DNA of 64,000 bases from a virus (taxonomy: Duplodnaviria; Caudoviricetes). Shown piece by piece: positions 10,390-20,688 of this stretch. Where the stretch lies: positions 28,108 to 92,107 of IMG/VR virus record IMGVR_UViG_3300028416_000009. One strand, written 5' to 3'. Position 1 is the stretch's first letter; each line of letters opens with the position of its first letter. The notes under the pieces are model-generated. The model had not been told where the DNA came from and did no database searches. It saw only the letters and a list, made by a program, of their open reading frames with translations. A program made the translations under genes and the position numbers.

Positions 10390-11757
10390 TTGATAATAGT
10401 CTTGGGATTTAAAATTACTATTTTACATATATCGACACATATTCCTAACATATTCTTAGAAAGAAGAATGAGGGAGTTTACTCAATTTTATTTAAATCGT
10501 TTATCACAAAACAAACATCACGTTTTAAATGTTATAGATTGTAAAACCATCGATGATGGTCTAAGTCAACTCACCGATACTGATTATGTGTTTATTATTT
10601 CATCAGGTAATCGTATATATCGCTCTAACCTATTTTTAGATAAGGTTTTACAACCTTTTATGGATGACCCATCTTTAGGGTTAATGGGTCATATATTAGA
10701 CCGTAAAGACCAATGGTTTGAATTACACCCTCAGTTTGTTGTTTTTGATTATAAGAAATGGGTCGATATTGGTCGCCCAACATATGGTAATAAAGAGGAC
10801 AGTTCAGAGTCTATTGTTAGTATTGTTAGGTCAGAAAGTAACATACATGATGATTACACACCGCACTGGGTAAGATTAGAGAAACCAATTCAATATAATG
10901 AATACGATATTTTAGATAGGGGATGGGATTTTATTAATAGTTTTTTACTAAACGATTATAATATTAGTCCTTTTAATGATGATATACGTGGGTTAAAAGC
11001 GTATTGTTATCCTGAATATAATTCAGATAAGTTTTTTGAACTAATCGATAACAAGCGATATAGTGATGAGATTGATTATACTAAAAGAATTTTATTACAT
11101 TCATTATTAAACTCACCCGACAAGACATGGTTATTTAACACAGAGGAGATGTGTATTATGAAAGAAAAAACTGACATAACATACGATGTGGTTGCTTTAC
11201 CGTGTGCTGGTTTTAAATTTTTAGATTTATTACATAGCGATTTAATACATGAGAAAAGTAAAATCGTATTTTTTGACTTTAGTGAAAGTAGTGTTGAATG
11301 GATTAATTACGTTATTAACTCTGAAGAGTTAACCATAACAGACTTAGTATTAAACAAACCCGAAGAGGTCAAATTAATAGGTAAGACAATCGAAAAACTA
11401 AGTGTCGATGGGATTCCTTCAAATGATTTGATACGTCTCTCAGAAGAAGTTTATTCGTTTTATGGGGGTATTAATAATTTTATGAGGTTACTGAAAAAGT
11501 TTAGAACGTTAAACATAGAAATCATTAATACAGATATCATTAATGACCCACTAAATTGTTTACATCGGTTAAACGGTGATAATAATTTAATTAATATATC
11601 TAATATCTTTTCAACAGACTACTTTAATTTGTTTTACTCTGAAAAAGAACGAACAGATAAGTTTGAAAGATTTATTAAAACTTTAAATCGTAGTACAACT
11701 GTTGTTGGTCGAGGTGTAGATACTTATTATAGTGAAAAATCATACAATAATGGATAA
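10390..11757 (+). CDS. Hypothetical protein (possibly glycosyltransferase-like N-terminus)
   Basis: Long ORF; no decisive motif. Confidence 0.5.
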   Translation: MIIVLGFKITILHISTHIPNIFLERRMREFTQFYLNRLSQNKHHVLNVIDCKTIDDGLSQLTDTDYVFIISSGNRIYRSNLFLDKVLQPFMDDPSLGLMGHILDRKDQWFELHPQFVVFDYKKWVDIGRPTYGNKEDSSESIVSIVRSESNIHDDYTPHWVRLEKPIQYNEYDILDRGWDFINSFLLNDYNISPFNDDIRGLKAYCYPEYNSDKFFELIDNKRYSDEIDYTKRILLHSLLNSPDKTWLFNTEEMCIMKEKTDITYDVVALPCAGFKFLDLLHSDLIHEKSKIVFFDFSESSVEWINYVINSEELTITDLVLNKPEEVKLIGKTIEKLSVDGIPSNDLIRLSEEVYSFYGGINNFMRLLKKFRTLNIEIINTDIINDPLNCLHRLNGDNNLINISNIFSTDYFNLFYSEKERTDKFERFIKTLNRSTTVVGRGVDTYYSEKSYNNG

Positions 11758-11992
11758 TATTAGTGTTATTGAAGTCATGGGTCTATATGACGAAATGATT
11801 AAAATACAAGACGAGGATATCGATTTTGCCAAATCCAAAAAAAGTATCCCTGAATTTGATAATGATTTGGTTCTATATTACTATATTTGTGACTCATTAT
11901 TAAAGGACCTTACAATATTAGAAGAATACGAGTTATGTTCTAAGATTAAAACACTTAAAGAAAAAATAGAATATTCACTTGACGAAGATTAG
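11732..11992 (+). CDS. Small protein with UVR-like E-x-YE-x-C motif
   Basis: LEEYELCSKIKTL; true start probably ~11750. Confidence 0.6.
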   Translation: MKNHTIMDNISVIEVMGLYDEMIKIQDEDIDFAKSKKSIPEFDNDLVLYYYICDSLLKDLTILEEYELCSKIKTLKEKIEYSLDED

Positions 11993-12070
11993 ATTTTAAG
12001 AAATTTTTGACTTATCTTTACAGTGTAACAAAAACAAACGTTATTTACTTAATGGAAAATTAGTACTGAT

Positions 12071-12156
12071 GCCGTTGTGGTGGAATTGGTAGACACGTTG
12101 GACTTAAAATCCAATGGACAGTAATGTCCGTGGCGGTTCGAGCCCGCCCAGCGGTA
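12071..12156 (+). tRNA. tRNA-Leu(UAA)
   Basis: Cloverleaf with variable arm; ttgga-ctTAAaa-tccaa. Confidence 0.95.
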
Positions 12157-12158
12157 CT

Positions 12159-12249
12159 AAAGAGAGGTAGTGAAGCTACAATGATATAGAAAAAGGTAAG
12201 GGTTAACCTCTATATCGTAGTAACCCCGAAAGACCCGAAACTTCTCTTT
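12159..12249 (+). ncRNA. Unnamed structured RNA between tRNAs
   Basis: Nested stems aaagagagg/cttctcttt, gctac/gtagt, gatataga/tctatatc. Confidence 0.55.
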
Positions 12250-12253
12250 TTAT

Positions 12254-12327
12254 GGACTCGTAGCTCAGCTGGATAGAGCATCTCCCTTCTAAGGAGACGG
12301 TCATAGGTTCGAATCCTATCGGGTTCA
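12254..12327 (+). tRNA. tRNA-Arg(UCU)
   Basis: Cloverleaf; tctcc-ctTCTaa-ggaga. Confidence 0.95.
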
Positions 12328-12348
12328 CAAATTCTTAAAAAGAAACAA

Positions 12349-12537
12349 ATGGGGAAAAACAAACCAAACATCTTCAAGGGAAGAACAAAAGAATGGGATA
12401 TGGAGAAAGGTAAATTCAGACAGTATCGAAGTAATCAGGGTAGAAGTCCTGAACGAATGGAATCGTCATATAAAATTATGGGGATAGCTATTGTGGGGTT
12501 AGTGCTGATTTTCTTATTTCTACTTATATCTCAATAA
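12349..12537 (+). CDS. Small membrane protein
   Basis: C-terminal hydrophobic helix. Confidence 0.6.
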   Translation: MGKNKPNIFKGRTKEWDMEKGKFRQYRSNQGRSPERMESSYKIMGIAIVGLVLIFLFLLISQ

Positions 12538-12544
12538 CCAATAT

Positions 12545-12660
12545 GTAGAGTTAGTCAAATGGTACGACGCTCCAACCTTAAGACCGAAATCATCATACTA
12601 GTTACACGATGCGATTAAGTTGGTTAGGCAGAAGTAGGGGTTCGACCCCCCTACTCTACA
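12545..12660 (+). ncRNA. tRNA-like RNA with an expanded (~40 nt longer) anticodon region
   Basis: Acceptor GTAGAGT/ACTCTAC, D-arm GTC-aaatggtac-GAC, T-arm AGGGG-ttcgacc-CCCCT; no canonical anticodon loop. Confidence 0.7.
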
Positions 12661-12675
12661 GACTTCATAATATTA

Positions 12676-12749
12676 GGACTTTTAGCTCAGTTGGTTAGAG
12701 CACCGCACTCATAATGCGTAGGTCGAAGGTTCGAGTCCTTCAAGGTCCA
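12676..12749 (+). tRNA. tRNA with CAU anticodon (Ile2 or elongator Met)
   Basis: Cloverleaf; cgca-ctCATaa-tgcg; G1-C72 pair so not initiator. Confidence 0.9.
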
Positions 12750-12791
12750 CAAGTGAGTTCTTTGACATAACAATTAAATAAAACAGAAATT

Positions 12792-13127
12792 ATGGAAATA
12801 ACATCATTTATTTTAGGTGTATGTACAGTCATTGTATTAGTAATGGTTGTGGGTACGTTTGTGAACTACATGACAACAAAGTCCTTAAAAGAGGAAATAA
12901 ACCGACTGAATCGAGAAAACGAAATTCAGTATAACGAATCTGAAAAGATTAAAAAAGAACTAATTGATTATGTGGACAGTCTACATAATGTTAGTGAAAA
13001 TAACATGAACGAAGTCTACCGTCATATTGACAGTAGAGTCGATAAAACTGTGAATAATGTGAGCGAACACGTTGCAGAAATTTACAGACAATTAGATAGT
13101 AACAAAAAATCCGTAGTTAACGGATAA
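12792..13127 (+). CDS. Membrane-anchored coiled-coil protein
   Basis: N-terminal TM helix then coiled coil. Confidence 0.65.
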   Translation: MEITSFILGVCTVIVLVMVVGTFVNYMTTKSLKEEINRLNRENEIQYNESEKIKKELIDYVDSLHNVSENNMNEVYRHIDSRVDKTVNNVSEHVAEIYRQLDSNKKSVVNG

Positions 13128-13214
13128 TAAATAAAACGTTAAAGAACTCACTTTTTTTAATAAAAACCTCGGTCAATAGTTGTTAATACTTATTATTATT
13201 ACTAATTTTACATT

Positions 13215-13439
13215 ATGAAAGAACTACACGAATTACATATTGCAATGTTAAATACTTATGATATATTAGCTGAAAACATGACTGTTGAAGATGTTATGGT
13301 GAGTACTGAAAGTTTTATGTTGTTTGACCCTACTGAGGGTATAAACTCAGACACCTGTGATACCCTTTTAGAACATTTTGAAGACTTAGAGGAGTATGAG
13401 AAGTGTAAGACAATATTAGAGTATAAAAAGACGCTATAA
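13215..13439 (+). CDS. Small protein with UVR-like motif
   Basis: FEDLEEYEKCKTILEY. Confidence 0.65.
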   Translation: MKELHELHIAMLNTYDILAENMTVEDVMVSTESFMLFDPTEGINSDTCDTLLEHFEDLEEYEKCKTILEYKKTL

Positions 13440-14092
13440 TGGATACTGTATATCATGACAAAAGGGGTTATGAAAATATTATAGTAACCTTTTCAAGTGG
13501 GGTTAATAGGGTTTTAGGTGAAACCCCTAAAGAATTCAGTAAAATAATTACAAAATATAATTGTGATATTTTATACATTTATGACGACCTTCTTTCTTGG
13601 TATGTAAACGGAGTTAAAGGATATGAGTCGGTTAAATTACTTTCAGAGCACATTACAACTATAATTAGTGGATATAAAAATTCAGGATTTTTAGGGTCTA
13701 GTATGGGTGGTTACGCGGCCATATTATACTCGATATTTTGTAACCCAAATAAATGTTTGTCCTTCTGTCCTCAAACATTATTACAACATAAAAAAAGAGA
13801 CCTATTCAACGACTTTAGATTTCCAATTTTAGAAAAAAATGGAATAATGAGTAACTACTATTTAGACTTAAAACCTTTTTTATTTAAAAATGATTTTAAC
13901 ACGATAATATCTATCATCTATAGCGGAGACAATAAATTTGACCTTAAACATGCGGAATGGGTGTCATCGTCTGACAATATCACTCTTTATCCTCAAGACA
14001 GTGATTTACATAATATTTGTGGAGTATTAAAACATAGAGGACAACTTTATAGTACTATCGAAAATACTTTTAATTTTTTATCTATAAACTAA
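13439..14092 (+). CDS. Alpha/beta hydrolase-fold protein
   Basis: GSSMGG nucleophile elbow; downstream D and H. Confidence 0.75.
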   Translation: MDTVYHDKRGYENIIVTFSSGVNRVLGETPKEFSKIITKYNCDILYIYDDLLSWYVNGVKGYESVKLLSEHITTIISGYKNSGFLGSSMGGYAAILYSIFCNPNKCLSFCPQTLLQHKKRDLFNDFRFPILEKNGIMSNYYLDLKPFLFKNDFNTIISIIYSGDNKFDLKHAEWVSSSDNITLYPQDSDLHNICGVLKHRGQLYSTIENTFNFLSIN

Positions 14093-14137
14093 ATAAAAGG
14101 CTTATCTTTGTAGTGAACAGAAAAACAGATAAAGGTT

Positions 14138-14377
14138 ATGTCAACAGAACTAAAAACACTTAAAGGACAGTTTCATAGTCAAAAGACTAATGAGATGGAG
14201 AACACTGAAATGTCATTAACACGATTCAGTGGTGGTAAAGAAGGGATGAAACTTCAATTAACAATGAGAGAGCAAGGAGACTTCTTTACTCATATCACCC
14301 TTAATACCGATGAGATAAAAAAACTAATTAAGGAACTACAAGATAATTTTAATTTAAAAGAAGAAACTGATGTCTGA
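14138..14377 (+). CDS. Hypothetical protein
   Basis: ORF with TATCTTTG promoter at ~14103. Confidence 0.6.
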   Translation: MSTELKTLKGQFHSQKTNEMENTEMSLTRFSGGKEGMKLQLTMREQGDFFTHITLNTDEIKKLIKELQDNFNLKEETDV

Positions 14378-14624
14378 TTATTATGATAATAGTGACGATA
14401 CGTTTGACAATAGTTTATTAGATGACTATATTACAACAACGTTAGATGAGATACAGAGTCAATACGTAATACCTAATGGTACTAAAGATATTGAAGTTGT
14501 TGATGAAATTGAAGTTATTGGTGATACCAAAATACTTTATACTAAATCAGGTAAGTCATTTGCCGAACATCAAGTGGAGAATATCGGAGTAGTGTATGAA
14601 TACGTTACTAAAGATAGTGAGTAA
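14370..14624 (+). CDS. Acidic hypothetical protein
   Basis: ORF track; overlaps upstream stop. Confidence 0.55.
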   Translation: MSDYYDNSDDTFDNSLLDDYITTTLDEIQSQYVIPNGTKDIEVVDEIEVIGDTKILYTKSGKSFAEHQVENIGVVYEYVTKDSE

Positions 14625-14628
14625 AATA

Positions 14629-14714
<86 letters not shown>

Positions 14715-14717
14715 AAC

Positions 14718-14791
14718 GGTCTGGTAGTTCAGTTGGTTAGAATACATGCCTGTCACGCATGGGGTCGCGAGTTCGAATCTCGTCCAGACCG
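14718..14791 (+). tRNA. tRNA-Asp(GUC)
   Basis: Cloverleaf; catgc-ctGTCac-gcatg. Confidence 0.95.
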
Positions 14792-14801
14792 CTAAAAGAA
14801 G

Positions 14802-15242
14802 ATGAAGATGAAGGGGAGAATATTGTTATTGACATTATTTTTAAGTAGTATGGTGTGGTCACAGAATTGTTCACCATATTATAAAGTTAAAAATTGGGAC
14901 GTGAATCAGGATGTATTTGCAACTGTTTCATTAATTAGTTGTTTTCACGCATACGGTGTCGCAACATCAATAGATTGGTATGACTACTCTGTAGGATTAC
15001 ATATGATGAGTAAAGGACATAACGGTACAGTGTATGGTTTTGTTAGTTACCAATACAGACCAATCAGGAAGGTTAAATTATCTGCAGGTCCATTATATCG
15101 TATAAACAACGATAGTGGTTTATTGTTAGGGCAGTATGGTGGTGATGTTTATATCTACAAACGAGTTTGGTTAACAGGTAGAGTTTTACAAATAAGGAGA
15201 GGTTTAAATTATCTTAATGTAGGACTAAAAGTGGTGATATAG
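14802..15242 (+). CDS. Secreted/outer-membrane beta-barrel-like protein
   Basis: Signal peptide; alternating beta-strand pattern. Confidence 0.5.
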   Translation: MKMKGRILLLTLFLSSMVWSQNCSPYYKVKNWDVNQDVFATVSLISCFHAYGVATSIDWYDYSVGLHMMSKGHNGTVYGFVSYQYRPIRKVKLSAGPLYRINNDSGLLLGQYGGDVYIYKRVWLTGRVLQIRRGLNYLNVGLKVVI

Positions 15243-15252
15243 TAAGTATCAT

Positions 15253-15324
15253 GGCCCGTTCGTCTATCGGCTAGGACGCCAGGTTTTCATCCTGGTAAGA
15301 GGGGTTCGATTCCCCTACGGGCTA
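15253..15324 (+). tRNA. tRNA-Glu(UUC)
   Basis: Cloverleaf; ccagg-ttTTCat-cctgg. Confidence 0.95.
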
Positions 15325-16012
15325 CTTAATGGAAGAGAGGAAATCGGGATTCAGAAATGAGTCCCTTTTTTTATCGTTATCTTTAAATTATTTTGTATAT
15401 TTACCACGTTAAATAATATAAAATATGACACGAACAATAATTGATGGGGTTAGATACCTGAAAAGAAAAACAACAACAGAGCTTACTGCGGATGAGAAAA
15501 AGAAACTTCTAAATGGAGAAATCGTTATGTCTCATTACGCCACAGATTACTTTTTTTATAAAATAATTAAATAGAAATATGATAACAGAATTTGAAGTAC
15601 TAAACACTTACAGTAAACTTAAAAACGGGCATTACGGAGAAATAGGTAGTTTCGCTCACCATAAGACGTGTAGTCTAATATGTGTTGGTTCACTATTAAC
15701 TGATGAAATGGATGAATTTAGAAAAAACTTTAAAGATGAATTATGGGATTGGTTTTTACAATCTAAAGATTATTACTATAATTCATTACATAAGAACCTT
15801 TAAATAAATAAAAATGTGTCTTCGTCTTCGTGGGTGTAGTAATCTTCGAAACCGTCGATAGTTGTAATGATGATTTCATTACTATCAATAGTCCCCTTAA
15901 ATACATTATTTGATTTATCGGGCATTGGTAAAAGGTTAATAAATGTTGGTTTTTATGTAGTAGAGACCTACATTTTATAAATAGTGAAAAAAAAACGAAT
16001 CTCAGGTTAAAT

Positions 16013-17701
16013 ATGAAAATATTATCAATAAATTTTGGATTTAATGGAAGTTTTTCTCTTCTCGTTGATGGTAAGATTATAAAACACACTTCATTCCATA
16101 AAATTAATTATGGAAATGACCGAAACATCATAAAAGATACGAGTCTTTCTTCTTTTATGTGGGGTGCGGATGTTACATTAGATGAAATCGATTGGGTCGT
16201 ACTTGTTGGGTATAAAGAATCTGACTTCAACTTCGATAGAGTTGCCTTTGTTCCCGAGAGCGAATACGAAATTAGTCCTCACTACACTCGAAAAGATTTT
16301 AGATTGGATTCAAAACAAGTTACCGACTTAGGGTCGTTAAATCCTCCATTCACTAAAAAACCATATGACTATATTAAGGGGCACTTTATATATAAAGACT
16401 TTGTTATTAAGTCGTATATCATTTCTCCTGATTTGTCTTACAATGCTTATGGATACCTAACGTCTAACTTCACAAATTCAATTAACATAACCGTTAGTAG
16501 TTTTGATGAGACACCTGTAGATGGGTCTGTTGTTTCAGTAAGTAAGGGTAATAACATTTCTATAGTGAATAGACCGATGATATCCGTAGGTAAACTCTAT
16601 CCTAAAATAACCGAATTATTAGGTTTTGGTTTGGGGTATTTAAATAGGAGTACGTTGTGTGATATGTCCACCAGATATAATATACCTGAGAACTTAAAAG
16701 ACATAATCGACGAGGGGGTTAACAACCCACTTAGTAAGATAAAAGACAATTACGAATTAAACTTTTTCTTTCAACACAGTACGTCTCAATACAAACAAGA
16801 CGAAAAAAGACATAAACAAATACCTTTTTCTTCGTTTAATGTGGACGATATTAATAGTAAATACGCACTTAAAACTGCGGCTATCACACAAAGAGTTATT
16901 GAAAATACTGTGATAAAACTAATAACTGAAAGTGTTAATAATTATTCAGGTAACTTTACTCATAACATAACACTTAGTGGTAGTGTGTTTGAAAACCGAA
17001 GACTTAATACTAAAATATTACAGACCTTTCCAGAATTAAACATTCATATTTCACCATTTAATAGTGAAGAAGTAACATCATTAGGAGGGGCATTATACGT
17101 TAATATGATAGAAGGAACTCGAAGAATCTATAATAGAGACTTTATTTTATCAACTTCCCCGTATTATGGTTCGTACGAAAATTTAGGTGACGAAATTAAC
17201 TATTCCGACTTGTCGTTAAAATTAAAAACTGACCTGATTGGGTATAAAACTAATAACCCTGAGTGTACAGAAAAGAGTTATGGCTATACCGGGATACTAT
17301 TTGATGTTAACTCTAAGGGATTTATAAATACTAAATCATTAATGATTAAAAACCCTTTTGAGAAACCTGTTGTCCTAATAAGTGAAGAATTTTATGTTAA
17401 ACATTTTAATAATGTTAAATACACATACAATAACAATACATTGTCAAAACCTAAAAAACCACATCTATTTAAGGAGTTTATTCATGATGATGGTTATGTT
17501 AATTTGTTTGTTGTTAATGAAACTGTTACACCATTCTTACACCGTATATTAAAAAATACTAATAATGAATATTTGGGTCATTATGACTTTACTAGTGTGA
17601 AAAATAAACATATTAATTATATTCAGACTTTATTTGAAATATCGGACGATTTAGATATTAAAACTTTAATTATTGATAATAAAATACACCACATAGAATG
17701 A
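16013..17701 (+). CDS. Divergent carbamoyltransferase (NodU/CmcH)-like protein
   Basis: MKILSINFG..SLLVDG start, SVGKLY, LSGSVFEN..LN, SLGGA; ~560 aa two-domain length. Confidence 0.65.
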   Translation: MKILSINFGFNGSFSLLVDGKIIKHTSFHKINYGNDRNIIKDTSLSSFMWGADVTLDEIDWVVLVGYKESDFNFDRVAFVPESEYEISPHYTRKDFRLDSKQVTDLGSLNPPFTKKPYDYIKGHFIYKDFVIKSYIISPDLSYNAYGYLTSNFTNSINITVSSFDETPVDGSVVSVSKGNNISIVNRPMISVGKLYPKITELLGFGLGYLNRSTLCDMSTRYNIPENLKDIIDEGVNNPLSKIKDNYELNFFFQHSTSQYKQDEKRHKQIPFSSFNVDDINSKYALKTAAITQRVIENTVIKLITESVNNYSGNFTHNITLSGSVFENRRLNTKILQTFPELNIHISPFNSEEVTSLGGALYVNMIEGTRRIYNRDFILSTSPYYGSYENLGDEINYSDLSLKLKTDLIGYKTNNPECTEKSYGYTGILFDVNSKGFINTKSLMIKNPFEKPVVLISEEFYVKHFNNVKYTYNNNTLSKPKKPHLFKEFIHDDGYVNLFVVNETVTPFLHRILKNTNNEYLGHYDFTSVKNKHINYIQTLFEISDDLDIKTLIIDNKIHHIE

Positions 17702-18330
17702 TAGGAGAAAACCCAACCACCAAAAATGAATTAAATGAAATTTTATCATCAAACACTTTTAGAACGAAAGAGTTTAATCAGGTGTATAGTTTTTCTAACT
17801 CATTTGATGAATCTGAAATCCAACACATTATTGATTACTGCTCAACACTACCAGCGGTAAACGCCGAAATTGGTAGTGATATGGAATCAGAAGATATAAA
17901 TGAAGGGGTTAGAAGTTCTATTGTTAGGTGGGTTCCAATGAACGAAGAGACCAAATATATTTACGAACGACTAATCAATATGGCATTAGAAGCTAATAAT
18001 GAGTTATGGGGGTTTGACGTAAATAGTATTATAGAGGAAATACAATATACCGAATATTATGGAACTAACGACGGTCATTACGATTGGCATTTAGACATTG
18101 GAGATGAAATCGACTATCGTAAAATATCAATTACAGTACAACTCTCTGATAAGGACGAATATGAAGGAGGTCACTTAGAAATGAAAACAGGTCCTATAGA
18201 TTTAATCACACCCAAAGAAAAGGGATTATCAACAATATTTCCTTCTTTTATGTTACATCGGGTGAATAAAGTAAAAACAGGGCTTCGTCGTTCTTTAGTG
18301 TTATGGATTAGTGGTCCACCCCTTAGGTAA
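17698..18330 (+). CDS. 2OG-Fe(II) oxygenase
   Basis: YDWHLD...RKISITVQLS...FPSFMLHRV..V..G.RRSLV.W. Confidence 0.9.
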   Translation: MIGENPTTKNELNEILSSNTFRTKEFNQVYSFSNSFDESEIQHIIDYCSTLPAVNAEIGSDMESEDINEGVRSSIVRWVPMNEETKYIYERLINMALEANNELWGFDVNSIIEEIQYTEYYGTNDGHYDWHLDIGDEIDYRKISITVQLSDKDEYEGGHLEMKTGPIDLITPKEKGLSTIFPSFMLHRVNKVKTGLRRSLVLWISGPPLR

Positions 18331-18543
18331 TGGTTTTAAACATAATACTTTACATATCGTTTGTAACCTGTTTAGTTATCTTAGTAATTCGTATAGCAGA
18401 AAGATTCCCTAACGCCTTAGATGTTGATATTACAGACCCATTAAGTGTCTTAGACGAAGAAGAACCCGTTAGTGATATATGTGTTGTTTGCGCAAGAAAA
18501 AAGGGGTCTGAACCCCTTTTAACCTGTAGTGATGAAAAATGTA

Positions 18544-18978
18544 TTAACAATAGTGATACACACTAAATTCCATTTCTCGATATTCTATATTAAACTTACC
18601 TTGTTTTTTTCCTTCTTCAACAACTAATTTAAACTCCTCTCTATTAATTGTATTGTATTTCTTTTCACCTACTTTAAAACTTGATATCCCCAATCTTTCC
18701 GACTCATCATTCAAAGACAACCATTTTTGGTATTCTTCGTTTTGTCTATTAACGGTTTGTTCTTGTTTATGTAAATGTATTAAATCCTTTAGTTCCGATT
18801 TTGTTAACTCTCTAACTATGTGTTTTGAAAAACTATATGAGTTTCCATCATACAAAAAGTTAGAGGGTTTAGGTGTTTGGTTTTGTAAATCGTATAGTTC
18901 TTTACCATCAATGTGAACAGGTATTACCTCTTCACATTTATTGCTTAATTCTGGTGTAACAATACAATATCTAACCAC
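18544..18978 (-). CDS. Hypothetical protein
   Basis: ORF in a minus-strand gene run. Confidence 0.55.
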   Translation of the reverse strand: MVRYCIVTPELSNKCEEVIPVHIDGKELYDLQNQTPKPSNFLYDGNSYSFSKHIVRELTKSELKDLIHLHKQEQTVNRQNEEYQKWLSLNDESERLGISSFKVGEKKYNTINREEFKLVVEEGKKQGKFNIEYREMEFSVYHYC

Positions 18979-19205
18979 TAAACTAGAACTATTTCTCCGT
19001 TAACTAATTGATGTGTCTCTGGTGAAAAATTCTCAGGCAATGAGCTAACCTCTATTATTGTGTGTGTTGTGTTATTAAACTCATCGAAAGTAACTACAGT
19101 GTCTTCGTGTTGACATACTAATACTCCGTCACTTAATTGTGAGTTTTCTGATAACCATGCTAATTCGATTTCACTTGAACCTATTTTTGTTACAATTGTA
19201 TACAT
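18978..19205 (-). CDS. Hypothetical protein
   Basis: ORF track; overlaps next gene. Confidence 0.55.
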   Translation of the reverse strand: MYTIVTKIGSSEIELAWLSENSQLSDGVLVCQHEDTVVTFDEFNNTTHTIIEVSSLPENFSPETHQLVNGEIVLV

Positions 19206-19226
19206 TTATATTATTTTTTAAAATTA

Positions 19227-19670
19227 TTATTCTTCAGTTGAATCTTCTTCTGACGATTCTTCTAATGCTTCTTCAGTTTCATCCATGATTTTGTTAACCA
19301 TAGCAGAACCTGCACCTGCCGCTGCTGCTCTACCTAAAGACATTAAAGCCGGATTTTCATTCAATTCCTCTTCAGTCATCCACCCTTCTTTAAGTGAAGT
19401 TTCTTTACATTTTTCACCGTATGATTCTACCATTTCGTTTAATGATTCACACATCTTACCGTATGATTCCATACACGTACCTTCGTTTGCACATGCTATT
19501 TCGTACATCATAGAACCACATTTTTCCATTAGTTCGTTTAATACGTTTAACTTTTCTTCAGATTCGTTTATCGTAAACTCAAATCTTGAAAAGTCTAATT
19601 TTTTAGTTGCTGATTCGTGAAGACCTTGTATTCTTTCAATCTCTTCTTGAATTAAGTTAAAATTTTTCAT
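19227..19670 (-). CDS. Acidic Glu-rich putative head/scaffold-like protein
   Basis: Repeated INE/LNE/LKE motifs; TATTTATA upstream. Confidence 0.55.
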   Translation of the reverse strand: MKNFNLIQEEIERIQGLHESATKKLDFSRFEFTINESEEKLNVLNELMEKCGSMMYEIACANEGTCMESYGKMCESLNEMVESYGEKCKETSLKEGWMTEEELNENPALMSLGRAAAAGAGSAMVNKIMDETEEALEESSEEDSTEE

Positions 19671-19703
19671 ATCTGTTTTTGTTTATATATAAATACCATT
19701 AAG

Positions 19704-20288
19704 TTATGGTTTCTCCTTAATTTGTGTTTGCCACTCTTTAAAGTTGGTTCTTTTATTTTTAGGTACCCATTTCCAATGTTCGGACAAAGAAGAGTGTTCA
19801 ATTTCGATATAATTAGGAATCAACTCTTTTTGATATTTCTCCCATAGTGTGTAAGTAACTTCTTCTAACCCATCGTCTTCAATACTTAGACTTAAATGAG
19901 ACCCTTCGTTATTTATAAATTCTTCATATATAGGATATTCATACACATTAATTGACTGTATTATATTATTACGTTCTCGGTAATTCTTAATTTCCTCAAT
20001 ATCTTTATACATAAAGATTACTAATACATCTTTTAACTCATCAATCGACTTGTGAAGTAGACCTGAACATGAAGGACAAAACGCAACGTAATTGTCTGAA
20101 GAATTAAGTTTGTCTTTAAATGTTTCGTCATTATAAATAATTTCTTCCCATCTCTCATGGATTAAGTTATCATAATCAGAGTCTATTATATATGCGGTGA
20201 TTTTATTACCAGCACCGTGAGGTCCTGTCACAATAACTTTACTGTATTTGTCTATTATCTCTTTATGGTCAAAATAATTTTTACTCAT
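19704..20288 (-). CDS. P-loop/sulfotransferase-like protein
   Basis: VIVTGPHGAGN N-terminal loop; VLVIFMYKD. Confidence 0.5.
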   Translation of the reverse strand: MSKNYFDHKEIIDKYSKVIVTGPHGAGNKITAYIIDSDYDNLIHERWEEIIYNDETFKDKLNSSDNYVAFCPSCSGLLHKSIDELKDVLVIFMYKDIEEIKNYRERNNIIQSINVYEYPIYEEFINNEGSHLSLSIEDDGLEEVTYTLWEKYQKELIPNYIEIEHSSLSEHWKWVPKNKRTNFKEWQTQIKEKP

Positions 20289-20341
20289 TTTCTATAAATT
20301 ATAAGCAAATATAAGATATATATAAGAATATGTAAACGATT

Positions 20342-20623
20342 ATGTACTATGAAGATTATGTGGTGATGACAAATACTGGTATGACAAATAAGTCTACCTT
20401 ATTAGACACGTTAAAGAGTTACGAACTGTATAAACAGATGACGTATAGAGAATGGGAATCCACTATAACTTTCTCAACAGTGGATGGGTTTGATAATAAT
20501 ATGGAGGCTCTAATTTATTATGGTGGTATAACCTTAGAGAGATTAGAATATTATGAAAAGTACGAAGAATGTAAAAAATTAAATAACATTTTGAAACTTT
20601 ACGAACCGATAATCAGAAAATAA
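20342..20623 (+). CDS. Small protein with UVR-like motif
   Basis: LEYYEKYEECKKLNNI. Confidence 0.6.
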   Translation: MYYEDYVVMTNTGMTNKSTLLDTLKSYELYKQMTYREWESTITFSTVDGFDNNMEALIYYGGITLERLEYYEKYEECKKLNNILKLYEPIIRK

Positions 20624-20688
20624 CCCAAAAATGTTTTGGTAATACAAACTTAATTCTTATCTTTGTTGAACATTAAAAGATAACAATT

